Source: Nemertoderma westbladi
Taxonomy: Eukaryota > Animalia > Xenacoelomorpha
Direction of reading: 5' to 3'
Assembly (NCBI GenBank): GCA_032718475.1
Contig: JAUCBJ010002880.1
Span: 1-64,000, forward strand
Length of the DNA: 64,000 nt
Positions 41,301 to 52,700 of this stretch are shown here, piece after piece. The position numbers and the translations under genes are program-made. The notes below the pieces were generated by a model. The model was not told where the DNA came from, did no database searches, and saw only the letters and a program-made list of their open reading frames with translations. Every line of letters begins with the position of its first letter. Positions within the stretch are counted from its first letter, which is position 1.

Positions 41301-43592
41301 CTGAACTCTAATTAAACCTTACTGAACTCTAATTAAACCTTACTGAACTCTAATTAAATAAACCTTACTGAACTCTATAATTAAACCTTACTGAACTCTA
41401 ATTAAACCTTGAACTCTAATTAAACCTTACTGAACTCTAATTAAACCTTGCTGAACTCTAATTAAACCTTACTGAACTCTAATTAAACCTTACTGAACTC
41501 TAATTAAACCTTTCTGAACTCTAATTAAACCATACTGAACTCTAATTAAACCTTACTGAACTCTATAATTAAACCTTACTGAACTCTAATTAAACCTTAC
41601 TGAACTCTAATTAAACCTTACTGAACTCTATAATTAAACCTTACTGAACTCTAATTAAACCTTGAACTCTAATTAAACCTTACTGAACTCTAATTAAACC
41701 TTGCTGAACTCTAATTAAACCTTACTGAACTCTAATTAAACCTTACTGAACTCTAATTAAACCTTGCTGAACTCTAATTAAACCTTACTGAACTCTAATT
41801 AAACCTTACTGAACTCTAATTAAACCTTTCTGAACTCTAATTAAACCTTTCTGAACTCTAATTAAACCATACTGAACTCTAATTAAACCTTACTGAACTC
41901 TAATTAAACCTTACTGAACTCTAATTAAACCTTACTGAAGTCTAATTAAACCTTGCTGAAGTCTAATTAAACCTTACTGAACTCTAATTAAACCTTACTG
42001 AACTCTAATTAAACCTTACTGAAGTCTAATTAAACCTTACTGAAGTCTAATTAAACCTTGCTGAACTCTAATTAAACCTTACTGAAGTCTAATTAAACCT
42101 TACTGAGGTCTAATTAAACCTTACTGAAGTCTAATTAAACCTTACTGAATTCTAATTAAACCTTGCTGAACTCTAATTAAACCTTACTGAAGTCTAATTA
42201 AACCTTACTGAACTCTAATTAAACCTTGCTGAACTCTAATTAAACCTTACTGAACTCTAATTAAACCTTACTGAACTCTAATTAAACCTTGCTGAACTCT
42301 AATTAAACCTTACTGAACTCTAATTAAACCTTACTGAACTCTAATTAAACCTTTCTGAACTCTAATTAAACCATACTGAACTCTAATTAAACCTTACTGA
42401 ACTCTAATTAAACCTTACTGAACTCTAATTAAACCTTACTGAACTCTAATTAAACCTTTCTGAACTCTAATTAAACCATACTGAACTCTAATTAAACCTT
42501 ACTGAACTCTATAATTAAACCTTACTGAACTCTAATTAAACCTTACTGAACTCTAATTAAACCTTACTGAACTCTATAATTAAACCTTACTGAACTCTAA
42601 TTAAACCTTGAACTCTAATTAAACCTTACTGAACTCTATAATTAAACCTTACTGAACTCTAATTAAACCTTGAACTCTAATTAAACCTTACTGAACTCTA
42701 ATTAAACCTTACTGAACTCTAATTAAACCTTGCTGAACTCTAATTAAACCTTACTGAACTCTAATTAAACCTTACTGAACTCTAATTAAACCTTACTGAA
42801 CTCTAATTAAACCTTGCTGAACTCTAATTAAACCTTACTGAACTCTAATTAAACCTTACTGAACTCTAATTAAACCTTTCTGAACTCTAATTAAACCATA
42901 CTGAACTCTAATTAAACCTTACTGAACTCTAATTAAACCTTACTGAACTCTATAATTAAACCTTACTGAACTCTAATTAAACCTTACTGAACTCTAATTA
43001 AACCTTACTGAACTCTAATTAAACCTTTCTGAACTCTAATTAAACCATACTGAACTCTAATTAAACCTTACTGAACTCTATAATTAAACCTTACTGAACT
43101 CTAATTAAACCTTACTGAACTCTAATTAAACCTTACTGAACTCTATAATTAAACCTTACTGAACTCTAATTAAACCTTGAACTCTAATTAAACCTTACTG
43201 AACTCTAATTAAACCTTGCTGAACTCTAATTAAACCTTACTGAACTCTAATTAAACCTTACTGAACTCTAATTAAACCTTGCTGAACTCTAATTAAACCT
43301 TACTGAACTCTAATTAAACCTTACTGAACTCTAATTAAACCTTTCTGAACTCTAATTAAACCATACTGAACTCTAATTAAACCATACTGAACTCTAATTA
43401 AACCTTACTGAACTCTAATTAAACCTTACTGAACTCTATAATTAAACCTTACTGAACTCTAATTAAACCTTACTGAACTCTAATTAAACCTTAATGAACT
43501 CTAATTAAACCTTACTGAACTCTATAATTAAACCTTACTGAACTCTAATTAAACCTTACTGAACTCGGTAATTAAACCCCACTGAACTCTGT
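26302..43592. repeat. Intronic satellite 2, 21-bp unit AAACCTTACTGAACTCTAATT with 23-bp variants (~800 copies, 17.3 kb)
   Basis: Seen directly. Confidence 0.98.
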
Positions 43593-43624
43593 AACATTAA
43601 ACGCACCGCAAATATTTTTTTAAG

Positions 43625-43765
43625 GCATCGCAGCGAAAGGTACGTAAAACAACGGAACGCAAGGGCAGTGGCACTGGAGCCGTAGAACGTAAGAAACGCG
43701 TGTCGCAAAAACCCAACGTGAAGAAACTTGGCAGACCCCGAAAGAATGAAAAGGCAATTTCTCAG
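43625..43765 (+). CDS. DIDO1: DIDO1/PHF3-like exon 3, basic, with AT-hook-like KKLGRPRK
   Basis: Acceptor tttttttaag|, donor CAG|gtaata, 141 nt open: ASQRKVRKTTERKGSGTGAVERKKRVSQKPNVKKLGRPRKNEKAISQ. Phase 0-0. Confidence 0.75.
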
Positions 43766-43995
43766 GTAATATAGAGAGACGCGTGTTCTCGAATTCTAAC
43801 TGGGTAATTCTATAATATTTCCGCCCAGTTCACGTGATGTGTTGAAAGAGCTCCGAAGTAGAGCACATATTCACATACTCAAACGTAATTGCAAATTTAG
43901 GGTCTGCGTGGCGTACTTCAAAACGAAACTCAATATCCAATATTGGTTTATGTTGTTAAGCGGCTCTCTAGTTACGTAATAAATATTCGAGAACA

Positions 43996-45742
43996 CTAAT
44001 TTATTTAATTTAATTTCGTACACCAAATATACAGATGGGTACACAAAGCACAATAGGATAATAATACAAGCACTATTATAAAATAATATGATATGTCTAA
44101 GTACTGCAGATCTAAGAAGGTAATTAATTATGATGAGGATACACTATTTAAAATATTACTCAATTCCTGGCGGGTAAAGCCATCTACAATACCTCCGTTG
44201 TTTAGGCACCAAATAATTTCCCTACAAAAATTAACTCGCCACTTATCTGCGTTCCGTAACGGTACATAAGTAAGATTAGATACCGCACGAGATGTCAGCA
44301 ATTCAAGATTAAATATGTTACACATGTTTCCTATTTCTCGTAAATTTCTCCCAGACCGGGTACGACAATCAACTAAACATATATTAGCAAGAAAACGAAT
44401 GCACATTTTGTTAGACCTACGTAATGATAAACAAAATGAAACGAAGCGAGAGTAAAGCATAATACACGGGTGTTTAAACTGCACTAGGTTTTCAACAATA
44501 TATCGATGAGAATTAAATGGTAATCCAAAAATCATTCTAACATTTACATTCCAGGTGCTAAAAATTCTTATACATGTTGGCGAAAGAAGGTTCCACAGGT
44601 TACTACCGTAGAAACTAGTGCAATAACTACGTTGTACATTGCAAAGCACAAACGGGTCCGAAAAATATAGTTCCTGCCTTAAGGCATTCAATTTGCCTAT
44701 AAACTGCCCTCGTTTACGCACGATATCAGATTCCATTGAGTTTTTAAAGTCAAGAAGGTTACCGAGATGCAGCGCCTCCTTAACCCATGGAAGAGGCGAA
44801 CCGTTCAACTTAATTGTCGCTAAAGGCTTAACCCAGACCCGCCCGAAAGCTATACACTTTGACTTGGACTTGTCCGGATTCGGATTCGTGCTGAATATTA
44901 ACTTGTTTTCCGATGCAAACTCTTCGCACAATTTAACCATATGCTGAAGGCCTACGATGGACGTACATAGCAAAAATAGGTCATCGGCATAACCAACCGC
45001 CCCAAAATATACAGACCCCACGAAGCAACCTACTTTGGAATTTCTTAATTTCCTAAACAGCTTATCAAGTAAGATACAGAATAAGATTGGCGAGGCAACA
45101 GACCCTTGGCGTACCCCATTGGACGATGTAAAAGACTCAGAATGCGTATTATTCCATCGCACTACACAAGATTGATTATTGTAGATAAATAACAGAGACC
45201 GGATGTAAAACGGAGAAAACCCCTTCTTTAAGAGCTCAAGGAACAGCTTGCACCATTCCACCATATCAAATGCTTTAGAAAGATCAAGCAAACAGCCAAA
45301 CACTGGAGTTGCATTTCTGGAATAGAAACTAATTACCTCAGTTGCAGCCCAAGTACACTGAGTGGTACTAGATCCCCGTTGAAACCCAAACTGTAACTCA
45401 TCTAATTTTAAACAATCAGCCTGTGCGAGTAGCATCACCCATTCAAACAATTTAATCAGGAGAGACGACAAAGCGATGGCCCTATAATTACCGGATACTG
45501 TATCATCGCCCAACTTATCCTTGATCAATGGAATGATAACACAATTCAAAAGAAATTGCGGAACGAATCCGTGAGTCAAAAAGGAATTAAATAGATTACT
45601 GAGATGAAAACAAAGTTCAGGAGGACCATGGATTAGACAGTCAGAATCAAAGCCAAAAGTCACATCTGTTTTAGAACTTTTTAGTCTGTGGAGACCCTCA
45701 GCAACTAAATCCGGAGAAACCCGAGGAACATTATTTATTGTG
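43996..45742 (-). mobile_element. 5'-truncated non-LTR retrotransposon in an intron, 10-bp TSD TTCGAGAACA
   Basis: TSD at 43986-43995 and 45743-45752. A-rich tail adjacent to the left TSD. Intact RT ORF. Confidence 0.9.
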
Positions 45743-45753
45743 TTCGAGAACAT
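44128..45753 (-). CDS. Non-LTR reverse transcriptase ORF, 541 aa, no endonuclease domain
   Basis: NYRAIAL, QFGFQRGSST, LDLSKAFD, GVRQGSVASP and GYADD motifs, uninterrupted to the stop. Confidence 0.85.
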   Translation of the reverse strand: MFSNTINNVPRVSPDLVAEGLHRLKSSKTDVTFGFDSDCLIHGPPELCFHLSNLFNSFLTHGFVPQFLLNCVIIPLIKDKLGDDTVSGNYRAIALSSLLIKLFEWVMLLAQADCLKLDELQFGFQRGSSTTQCTWAATEVISFYSRNATPVFGCLLDLSKAFDMVEWCKLFLELLKKGFSPFYIRSLLFIYNNQSCVVRWNNTHSESFTSSNGVRQGSVASPILFCILLDKLFRKLRNSKVGCFVGSVYFGAVGYADDLFLLCTSIVGLQHMVKLCEEFASENKLIFSTNPNPDKSKSKCIAFGRVWVKPLATIKLNGSPLPWVKEALHLGNLLDFKNSMESDIVRKRGQFIGKLNALRQELYFSDPFVLCNVQRSYCTSFYGSNLWNLLSPTCIRIFSTWNVNVRMIFGLPFNSHRYIVENLVQFKHPCIMLYSRFVSFCLSLRRSNKMCIRFLANICLVDCRTRSGRNLREIGNMCNIFNLELLTSRAVSNLTYVPLRNADKWRVNFCREIIWCLNNGGIVDGFTRQELSNILNSVSSS

Positions 45754-45929
45754 TATTTAACATTGAGTAAGGCAACATCGAGAGTTGAAGAGTACAATAA
45801 TATGAATCGCAGTAACTATGGAAGCAATATAGTAAAATAATACAGTTCAATTTATTTTATACCACTATAATATCGCTGTACGTTTTATTAAAGAATTGAG
45901 CAACAAAAAAGTACCAATTCTCTAATAAT

Positions 45930-46080
45930 AAAATTACGTATTACATAGGGAAAAAAACGTAGAACATTTTTTTTTCAATATTCTCTCGGCCCTTTATTAA
46001 CCTCGCTTACGCTCGGTAAATAAAATGCCTCGAGAATAGTGAAAAAAAATTATACTTTATCTCACATGTAATACATAATA
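45930..46080. mobile_element. Small palindromic MITE-like element
   Basis: Imperfect inverted arms (ATTACGTATTACAT...TATTCTC / GAGAATAG...ATGTAATACATAAT) around a central CTCGCTTACGCTCG. Confidence 0.55.
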
Positions 46081-46480
46081 ATTTTGTCCTCCTTGTAGTC
46101 CGGAGTCCGCATTCCCTCGAAATAGTAAAAGCATTTATGCATTTTTTTTAAAAGCATTTATTAAAAAATATATTCTTTAACTATTCCTCGAAAATGTGGA
46201 TTAAAAAGTCGGACAACAAATGTTACTTTCTATTTGTAAAAGAAACAGTTAATATTTTGGAGGAAATTAATAATATATTAGTATTATATTTTGGAAGATT
46301 GACTGGATAATTACTTAAGTGTCCGCACTTTTGCGGACAATAAAGTGAATATTTTAATGAAAAATGTGATTAAAAATACAAATCTTAATAAACGAGCTAC
46401 TTCTCGCGCGATAATCATGTTACTTGAATCGGGTCGACTGAATCCTGCCCATGCGCGGATTTATTTTACTCTGATAATAG

Positions 46481-46665
46481 AAATCGGTTAAGAGTTCGGC
46501 CACGAATAGAAAACAGTCGAGGAAGGGCGACGAGCAAACCGAGGCGATATCGAGTGGCGAAGAATCCAGCGACGTTGAGATATCGGATAATAACGAGGGA
46601 GACACCGACTACGAGTCAGACCCCCAGACCTTATGGTGTACCTGTCAGCAGCCACACAGCAACAG
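46481..46665 (+). CDS. DIDO1: DIDO1/PHF3-like exon 4, acidic linker plus N-terminal part of the PHD finger (...DYESDPQTLWCTCQQPHSNR)
   Basis: Acceptor ataatag|, donor AACAG|gttagt, phase 2. Matches the DIDO1/PHF3 motif DP..LYCICRQPHNNR. Confidence 0.9.
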
Positions 46666-48519
46666 GTTAGTGTGGTTGTGGCTGTCAGCAGCCACACAGT
46701 AACAGGTTAGTGTGGTTGTGGCTGTCAGCAGCCACACAGTAACAGGTTAGTGTGGTTGTGGCTGTCAGCAGCCACACAGTAACAGGTTAGTGTGGTTGTG
46801 GCTGTCAGCAGCCACACAGTAACAGGTTAGTGTGGTTGTGGCTGTCAGCAGCCACACAGTAACAGGTTAGTGTGGTTGTGGCTGTCAGCAGCCACACAGC
46901 AACAGGTTAGTGTGGTTGTGGCTGTCAGCAGCCACACAGTAACAGGTTAGTGTGGTTGTACCTGTCAGCAGCCACACAGCAACAGCTTAGTGTGGTTGTG
47001 GCTGTCAGCAGCCACACAGGAACAGGTTAGTGTGGTTGTGGCTGTCAGCAGCCACACAATAACAGGTTAGTGTATTTGTGGCTGTCAGAAGCCACACAGT
47101 AACAGGTTAGTGTGGTTAAGGATTGTGGGTGTACCTGTCAGCAGCCACACAGTAACAGGTTAGTGTGGTTGTGGCCGTCAGCAGCCACACAGTAACAGGT
47201 TAGTGTGGTTGTGGCTGTCAGCAGCCACACAGCAACAGGTTAGTGTGGTTGTGGCTGTCAGCAGCCACACAGTAACAGGTTAGTGTGGTTGTGGCTGTCA
47301 GCAGCCACACAGTAACAGGTTAGTGTGGTTGTGGCTGTCAGCAGCCACACAGCAACAGCTTAGTGTGGTTGTGGCTGTCAGCAGCCACACAGTAACAGGT
47401 TAGTGTGGTTGTGGCTGTCAGCAGCCACAAGGTAACAGGTTAGTGTGGTTGTGGCTGTCAGCAGCCACACAGTAACAGGTTAGTGTGGTTGTGGCTGTCA
47501 GCAGCAACACAGTAACGGGTTAGTGTGGTTGTGGCTGTTAGCAGCCACACAGTAACAGGTTAGTGTGGTTGTGGCTGTCAGCAGCCACACAGTAACAGGT
47601 TAGTGTGGTTGTGGCTGTCAGCAGCCACACAGTAACAGGTTAGTGTGGTTGTGGCTGTCAGCAGCCACACAGTAACAGGTTAGTGTGGTTGTGGCTGTCA
47701 GCAGCCACACAGTAACAGGTTAGTGTGGTTGTGGCTGTCAGCAGCCACACAGTAACAGGTTAGTGTGGTTGTGGCTGTCAGCAGCCACACAGTAACAGGT
47801 TAGTGTGGTTGTGGCTGTCAGCAGCCACACAGTAACAGGTTAGTGTGGTTGTGGCTGTCAGCAGCCACACAGTAACAGGTTAGTGAGGTTGTGGCTGTCA
47901 GCAGCCACACATTAACAGGTTAGTGTGGTTGAGGATTGTGGGTGTACCTGTCAGCAGCCACACAGCAACAGGTTAGTGTGGTTGTGGCTGTCAGCAGCCA
48001 CACAGCAAAAGGTTAGTGTGGTTGTGGCTGTCAGCAGCCACACAGAAACAGGTTACTGTGGTTGTGGCTGTCAGCAGCCACACAGTAACAGGTTAGTGTG
48101 GTTGTGGCTGTCAGCATCCACACAGTAACAGGTTAGTGTGGTTGTGGCTGTCAGCAGCCACACAGTAACAGGTTAGTGTGGTTGTGGCTGTCAGCAGCCA
48201 CACAGTAACAGGTTAGTGTGGTTGTGGCTGTCAGCAGCCACACAGTAACAGGTTAGTGTGGTTGTGGCTGTCAGCAGCCACACAGTAACAGGTTAGTGTG
48301 GTTGTGGCTGTCAGCAGCCACACAGTAACAGGTTAGTGTGGTTGTGGCTGTCAGCAGCCACACAGTAACAGGTTAGTGTGGTTGTGGCTGTCAGCAGCCA
48401 CACAGTAACAGGTTAGTGTGGTTGTGGCTGTCAGCAGCCACAGAGTAACAGGTTAGTGTGGTTGTGGCTGTCAGCAGCCACACAGTAACAGGTTAGTGTG
48501 GTTAAGGATTGTGGGTGTA
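46641..48519 (+). repeat. 40-bp satellite made of exon 4's 3' end plus the splice donor (CTGTCAGCAGCCACACAGTAACAG|GTTAGTGTGGTTGTGG), ~46 copies
   Basis: Seen directly. The first unit overlaps the coding exon. Two 53-bp variants occur at ~47081-47133 and ~47894-47946. Confidence 0.97.
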
Positions 48520-48625
48520 TCCGCATGTTATCCATAAACTCGTATTTTTATAATTAATTACAGTTTCTTAATATTCAGCTGATTCCATTCCATTTTATTA
48601 TTCATTTATTGGCGCAACTTTCCAG

Positions 48626-48869
48626 GTTTATGATTTGCTGCGATAGTTGTGATTACTGGTACCATGGTGATTGCGTTGGAGTCACTGAGGCTCAGGGTAA
48701 GGTTATGGAGAATAAAGGCCGAGATTATATTTGCCCTCAATGTCGAGAGAAGGCTGCATTAATGGAACATGTCGAAGACGAAATGGAAAGTAAACCCATT
48801 GATGAGTTAATCAATATCGATGTGGCAAGTGACAAAGAATCTGATGGTCTCGATACTTCTGAGAATAAG
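48626..48869 (+). CDS. DIDO1: DIDO1/PHF3-like exon 5, rest of the PHD finger (FMICCDSCDYWYHGDCVGVTEAQGKVMENKGRDYICPQC...)
   Basis: Acceptor ctttccag|G completes the AG+G Arg codon. C4HC3 PHD strongly similar to DIDO1 FMICCDRCEEWFHGDCVG...DYICPNC. Donor AAG|gtaatt. Confidence 0.95.
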
Positions 48870-49457
48870 GTAATTTTACCTCAAATAGCAACAAATATCA
48901 TATTTTGCTCGCCTGGAATCCCGCAGTTATCCCCATGTCAACATATGTGAAGAATACCAGGTTTTCACTAAAAACCCAGGTTACAGAAGGGCTGAATCTA
49001 ACCAAAACAATAAATTAAAATGAACGTTTCAAGAAACATTAATATTAATAATTGATAACTCTATTATTTATTAATTGTGAAGCAAGTTGAGTAAAAAACC
49101 TTACTGGTAGGAAAGATTTTTGGCGAGCCCAGTACACGTTGGCTGACTTACTGACGCGAACTATTTAAACATTTCCAAGTAATTGCACGGCACCCATTGG
49201 TGCCTGTTCTGCAAAAGCTTGAAAAGTATTATATTCGCGCGCAGCAGTCCAGTATCAAGAAGCAGAAACGTGATTGGCGCAAGTTTTTGGAGCTGCTTCC
49301 CAGTGGATAGTAACTGGTTACACATCTATATCTTCGTTTCATTGCCCGTTCCTTCTCCCTTTGGGTCTCCACACTATAAATTTCATTTCTTGGATTGGCC
49401 TCCTGAGAAGGCCTTCCTTCGTGAGGCGAAACCACCGGTCAGCTGACTATGACACAC

Positions 49458-49734
49458 ATTTGGTATTTTTATTCGATATTCGATATTTTATTTCTTTATT
49501 ATAATTCTGTTATTTAAATCGTAATAAAATTAATTAAATCGCGATAAAATTAATTAAATCGCGATAAAATTAATTAAATCGCGATAAAATTAATTAAATC
49601 GCGATAAAATTAATTAAATCGCGATAAAATTAATTAAATCGCAATAAAATTAATTTTATCGCGATTTAATTAATTTTATAACAGAATAACAGAATTATAG
49701 AGAAGAAATAAAATATCGAATAAATATACCAAAT
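49458..49734. repeat. Palindrome enclosing a 20-bp tandem repeat CGCGATAAAATTAATTAAAT
   Basis: ATTTGGTA..TTATTCGATATT..TATAATTCTGTTAT is mirrored by ATAACAGAATTATA..AATATCGAATAA..TACCAAAT. Confidence 0.85.
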
Positions 49735-49760
49735 CTGTCATTTACCACTGATTGCCTGTA

Positions 49761-52700
49761 ACCGCCTAGGTCCAGTTACTTTTTGGGTTTTTTTTTTTGC
49801 ATACATGAATCCTCGCTTCTACCGCCTAGGTCCAGTTACGTTTTGGGTTTTTTTTTGCATACATGAATCCTCGCTTCTACCGCCTAGGTCCAGTTACTTT
49901 CTGGGTTTTTTTTTGCATACATGAATCCTCGCTTCTACCGCCTAGGTCCAGTTACTTTCTGGGTTTTTTTTTGCATACATGAATCCTCGCTTCTACCGCC
50001 TAGGCCAGTTACTTTCTGGTTTTTTTTTTGCATACATGAATCCTCGCTTCTACCGCCTAGTTTCAGTTACCTTCTGTGTTTTTTTTGCATACTTGAATCC
50101 TCGCTTCTACCGCCTAGGTCCAGTTACCTTCTGGGTTTTTTTTGCATACATGAATCCTCGCTTCTACCGCCTAGGTCCAGTTACTTTCTGGGTTTTTTTT
50201 TGCATACATGAATCCTTGCTTCTACCGCCTAGTCCAGTTGCTTTCTGTGTTTTTTTTTGCATACATGAATCCTCGCTTCTACCGCCTAGGTCCAGTTACT
50301 TTCTGGGTTTTTTTTTGCATACATGAATCCTCGCTTCTACCGCCTAGGTCCAGTTACTTTCTGGGTTTTTTTTTGCATACTTGATTCCTGGCTTCTACCG
50401 CCTAGGTCCAGTTACTTTCTGGGTTTTTTTTTGCATACATGAATCCTCGCTTCTACCGCCTAGGTCCAGTTACCTTCTGGGTTTTTTTTTGCATACTTGA
50501 TTCCTGGCTTCTACCGCCTAGGTCCAGTTACTTTCTGGGTTTTTTTTTGCATACATGAATCCTCGCTTCTACCGCCTAGGTCCAGTTACCTTCTGTGTTT
50601 TTTTTGCATACATGAATCCTCGCTTCTACCGCCTAGGTCCAGTTACTTTCTGTGTTTTTTTTTGCATACTTGAATCCTCGCTTCTACCGCCTAGGTCCAG
50701 TTACCTTCTGTGTTTTTTTTGCATACTTGAATCCTCGCTTCTACCGCCTAGGTCCAGTTACCTTCTGTGTTTTTTTTTGCATACTTGAATCCTCGCTTCT
50801 ACCGCCTAGGTCCAGTTACCTTCTGTGTTTTTTTTGCATACTTGAATCCTCGTTTCTACCGCCTAGGTCCAGTTACTTTCTGTGTTTTTTTTTGCATACT
50901 TGAACCTCGCTTCTACCGCCTAGGTCCAGTTACCTTCTGTGTTTTTTTTGCATACTTGAATCCTCGCTTCTACCGCCTAGGTCCAGTTACTTTCTGGGTT
51001 TTTTTTTGCATACTTGAATCCTCGCTTCTACCGCCTAGGTCCAGTTACTTTCTGGGTTTTTTTTTGCATACTTGAATCCTCGCTTCTACCGCCTAGGTCC
51101 AGTTACTTTCTGTGTTTTTTTTTTGCATACTTGAATCCTCGCTTCTGCCGCCTAGGTCCAGTTGCTTTCTGTGTTTTTTTTTGCATACATGAATCCTTGC
51201 TTCTACCGCCTAGGTCCAGTTACTTTCTGGGTTTTTATTTGCATACTTGAATCCTTGCTTCTACCGCCTAGGTCCAGTTACTTTCTGGTTTTTTTTTTTG
51301 CATACATGAATCCTCGCTTCTACCGCCTAGGTCCAGTTACCTTCTTTTTTTTTTTTGCATACTTGAATCCTTGCTTCTACCGCCTAGGTCCAGTTACTTT
51401 CTGGGTTTTTTTTTGCATACATGAATCCTCGCTTCTACCGCCTAGGTCCAGTTACTTTCTGGGTATTTTTTTGCATACATGAATCCTCGCTTCTACCGCC
51501 TAGGTCCAGTTACTTTCTGGGTTTTTTTTTGCATACATGAATCCTCGCTTCTACCGCCTAGGTCCAGTTACCTTCTGTGTTTTTTTTGCATACTTGAATC
51601 CTCGCTTCTACCGCCTAGGTCCAGTTACTTTCTGGGTTTTTTTTTGCATACTTGAATCCTTGCTTCTACCGCCTAGGTCCAGTTACTTTCTGAGTTTTTT
51701 TTGCATACATGAATCCTCGCTTCTACCGCCTAGGTCCAGTTACCTTCTGTGTTTTTTTTTGCATACTTGAATCCTTGCTTCTACCGCCTAGGTCCAGTTA
51801 CTTTCTGGGTTTTTTTTTGCATACTTGAATCCTTGCTTCTACCGCCTAGGTCCAGTTACTTTCTGGGTTTTTTTTGCATACATGAATCCTCGCTTCTACC
51901 GCCTAGGTCCAGTTACTTTCTGGGTTTTTTTTTTGCATACATGAATCCTCGCTTCTACCGCCTAGGCCAGTTACTTTCTGGTTTTTTTTTTGCATACATG
52001 AATCCTCGCTTCTACCGCCTAGTTTCAGTTACCTTCTGTGTTTTTTTTGCATACTTGAATCCTCGCTTCTACCGCCTAGGTCCAGTTACTTTCTGGGTTT
52101 TTTTTGCATACTTGAATCCTTGCTTCTACCGCCTAGGTCCAGTTACTTTCTGGGTTTTTTTTTGCATACATGAATCCTTTCTTCTACCGCCTAGGTCCAG
52201 TTGCTTTCTGTGTTTTTTTTTTGCATACATGAATCCTCGCTTCTACCGCCTAGGTCCAGTTGCTTTCTGTGTTTTTTTTTGCATACATGAATCCTCGCTT
52301 CTACCGCCTAGGTCCAGTTACTTTCTGGGTTTTTTTTTGCATACATGAATCCTCGCTTCTACCGCCTAGGTCCAGTTGCTTTCTGTGTTTTTTTTTGCAT
52401 ACATGAATCCTCGCTTCTACCGCCTAGGTCCAGTTACTTTCTGGGTTTTTTTTTGCATACTTGAATCCTCGCTTCTACCGCCTAGGTCCAGTTACTTTCT
52501 GGGTTTTTTTTTGCATACATGAATCCTTTCTTCTACCGCCTAGGTCCAGTTGCTTTCTGTGTTTTTTTTTGCATAGATGAATCCTCGCTTCTACCGCCTA
52601 GGTCCAGTTTCTTTCTGTGTTTTTTTTTTTGCATACATGAATCCTCGCTTCTACCGCCTAGGTCCAGTTACTTTCTGGGTTTTTTTTTGCATACTTGAAT

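Noticed and set aside
46641-48519. CRISPR-like array
   Set aside because: No unique spacers and no cas genes. The context is a eukaryotic intron.
48609-48950. Standalone 113-aa PHD protein ORF
   Set aside because: It lacks the first Cys pair, which is supplied by the upstream exon. It is exon 5 plus intronic read-through.
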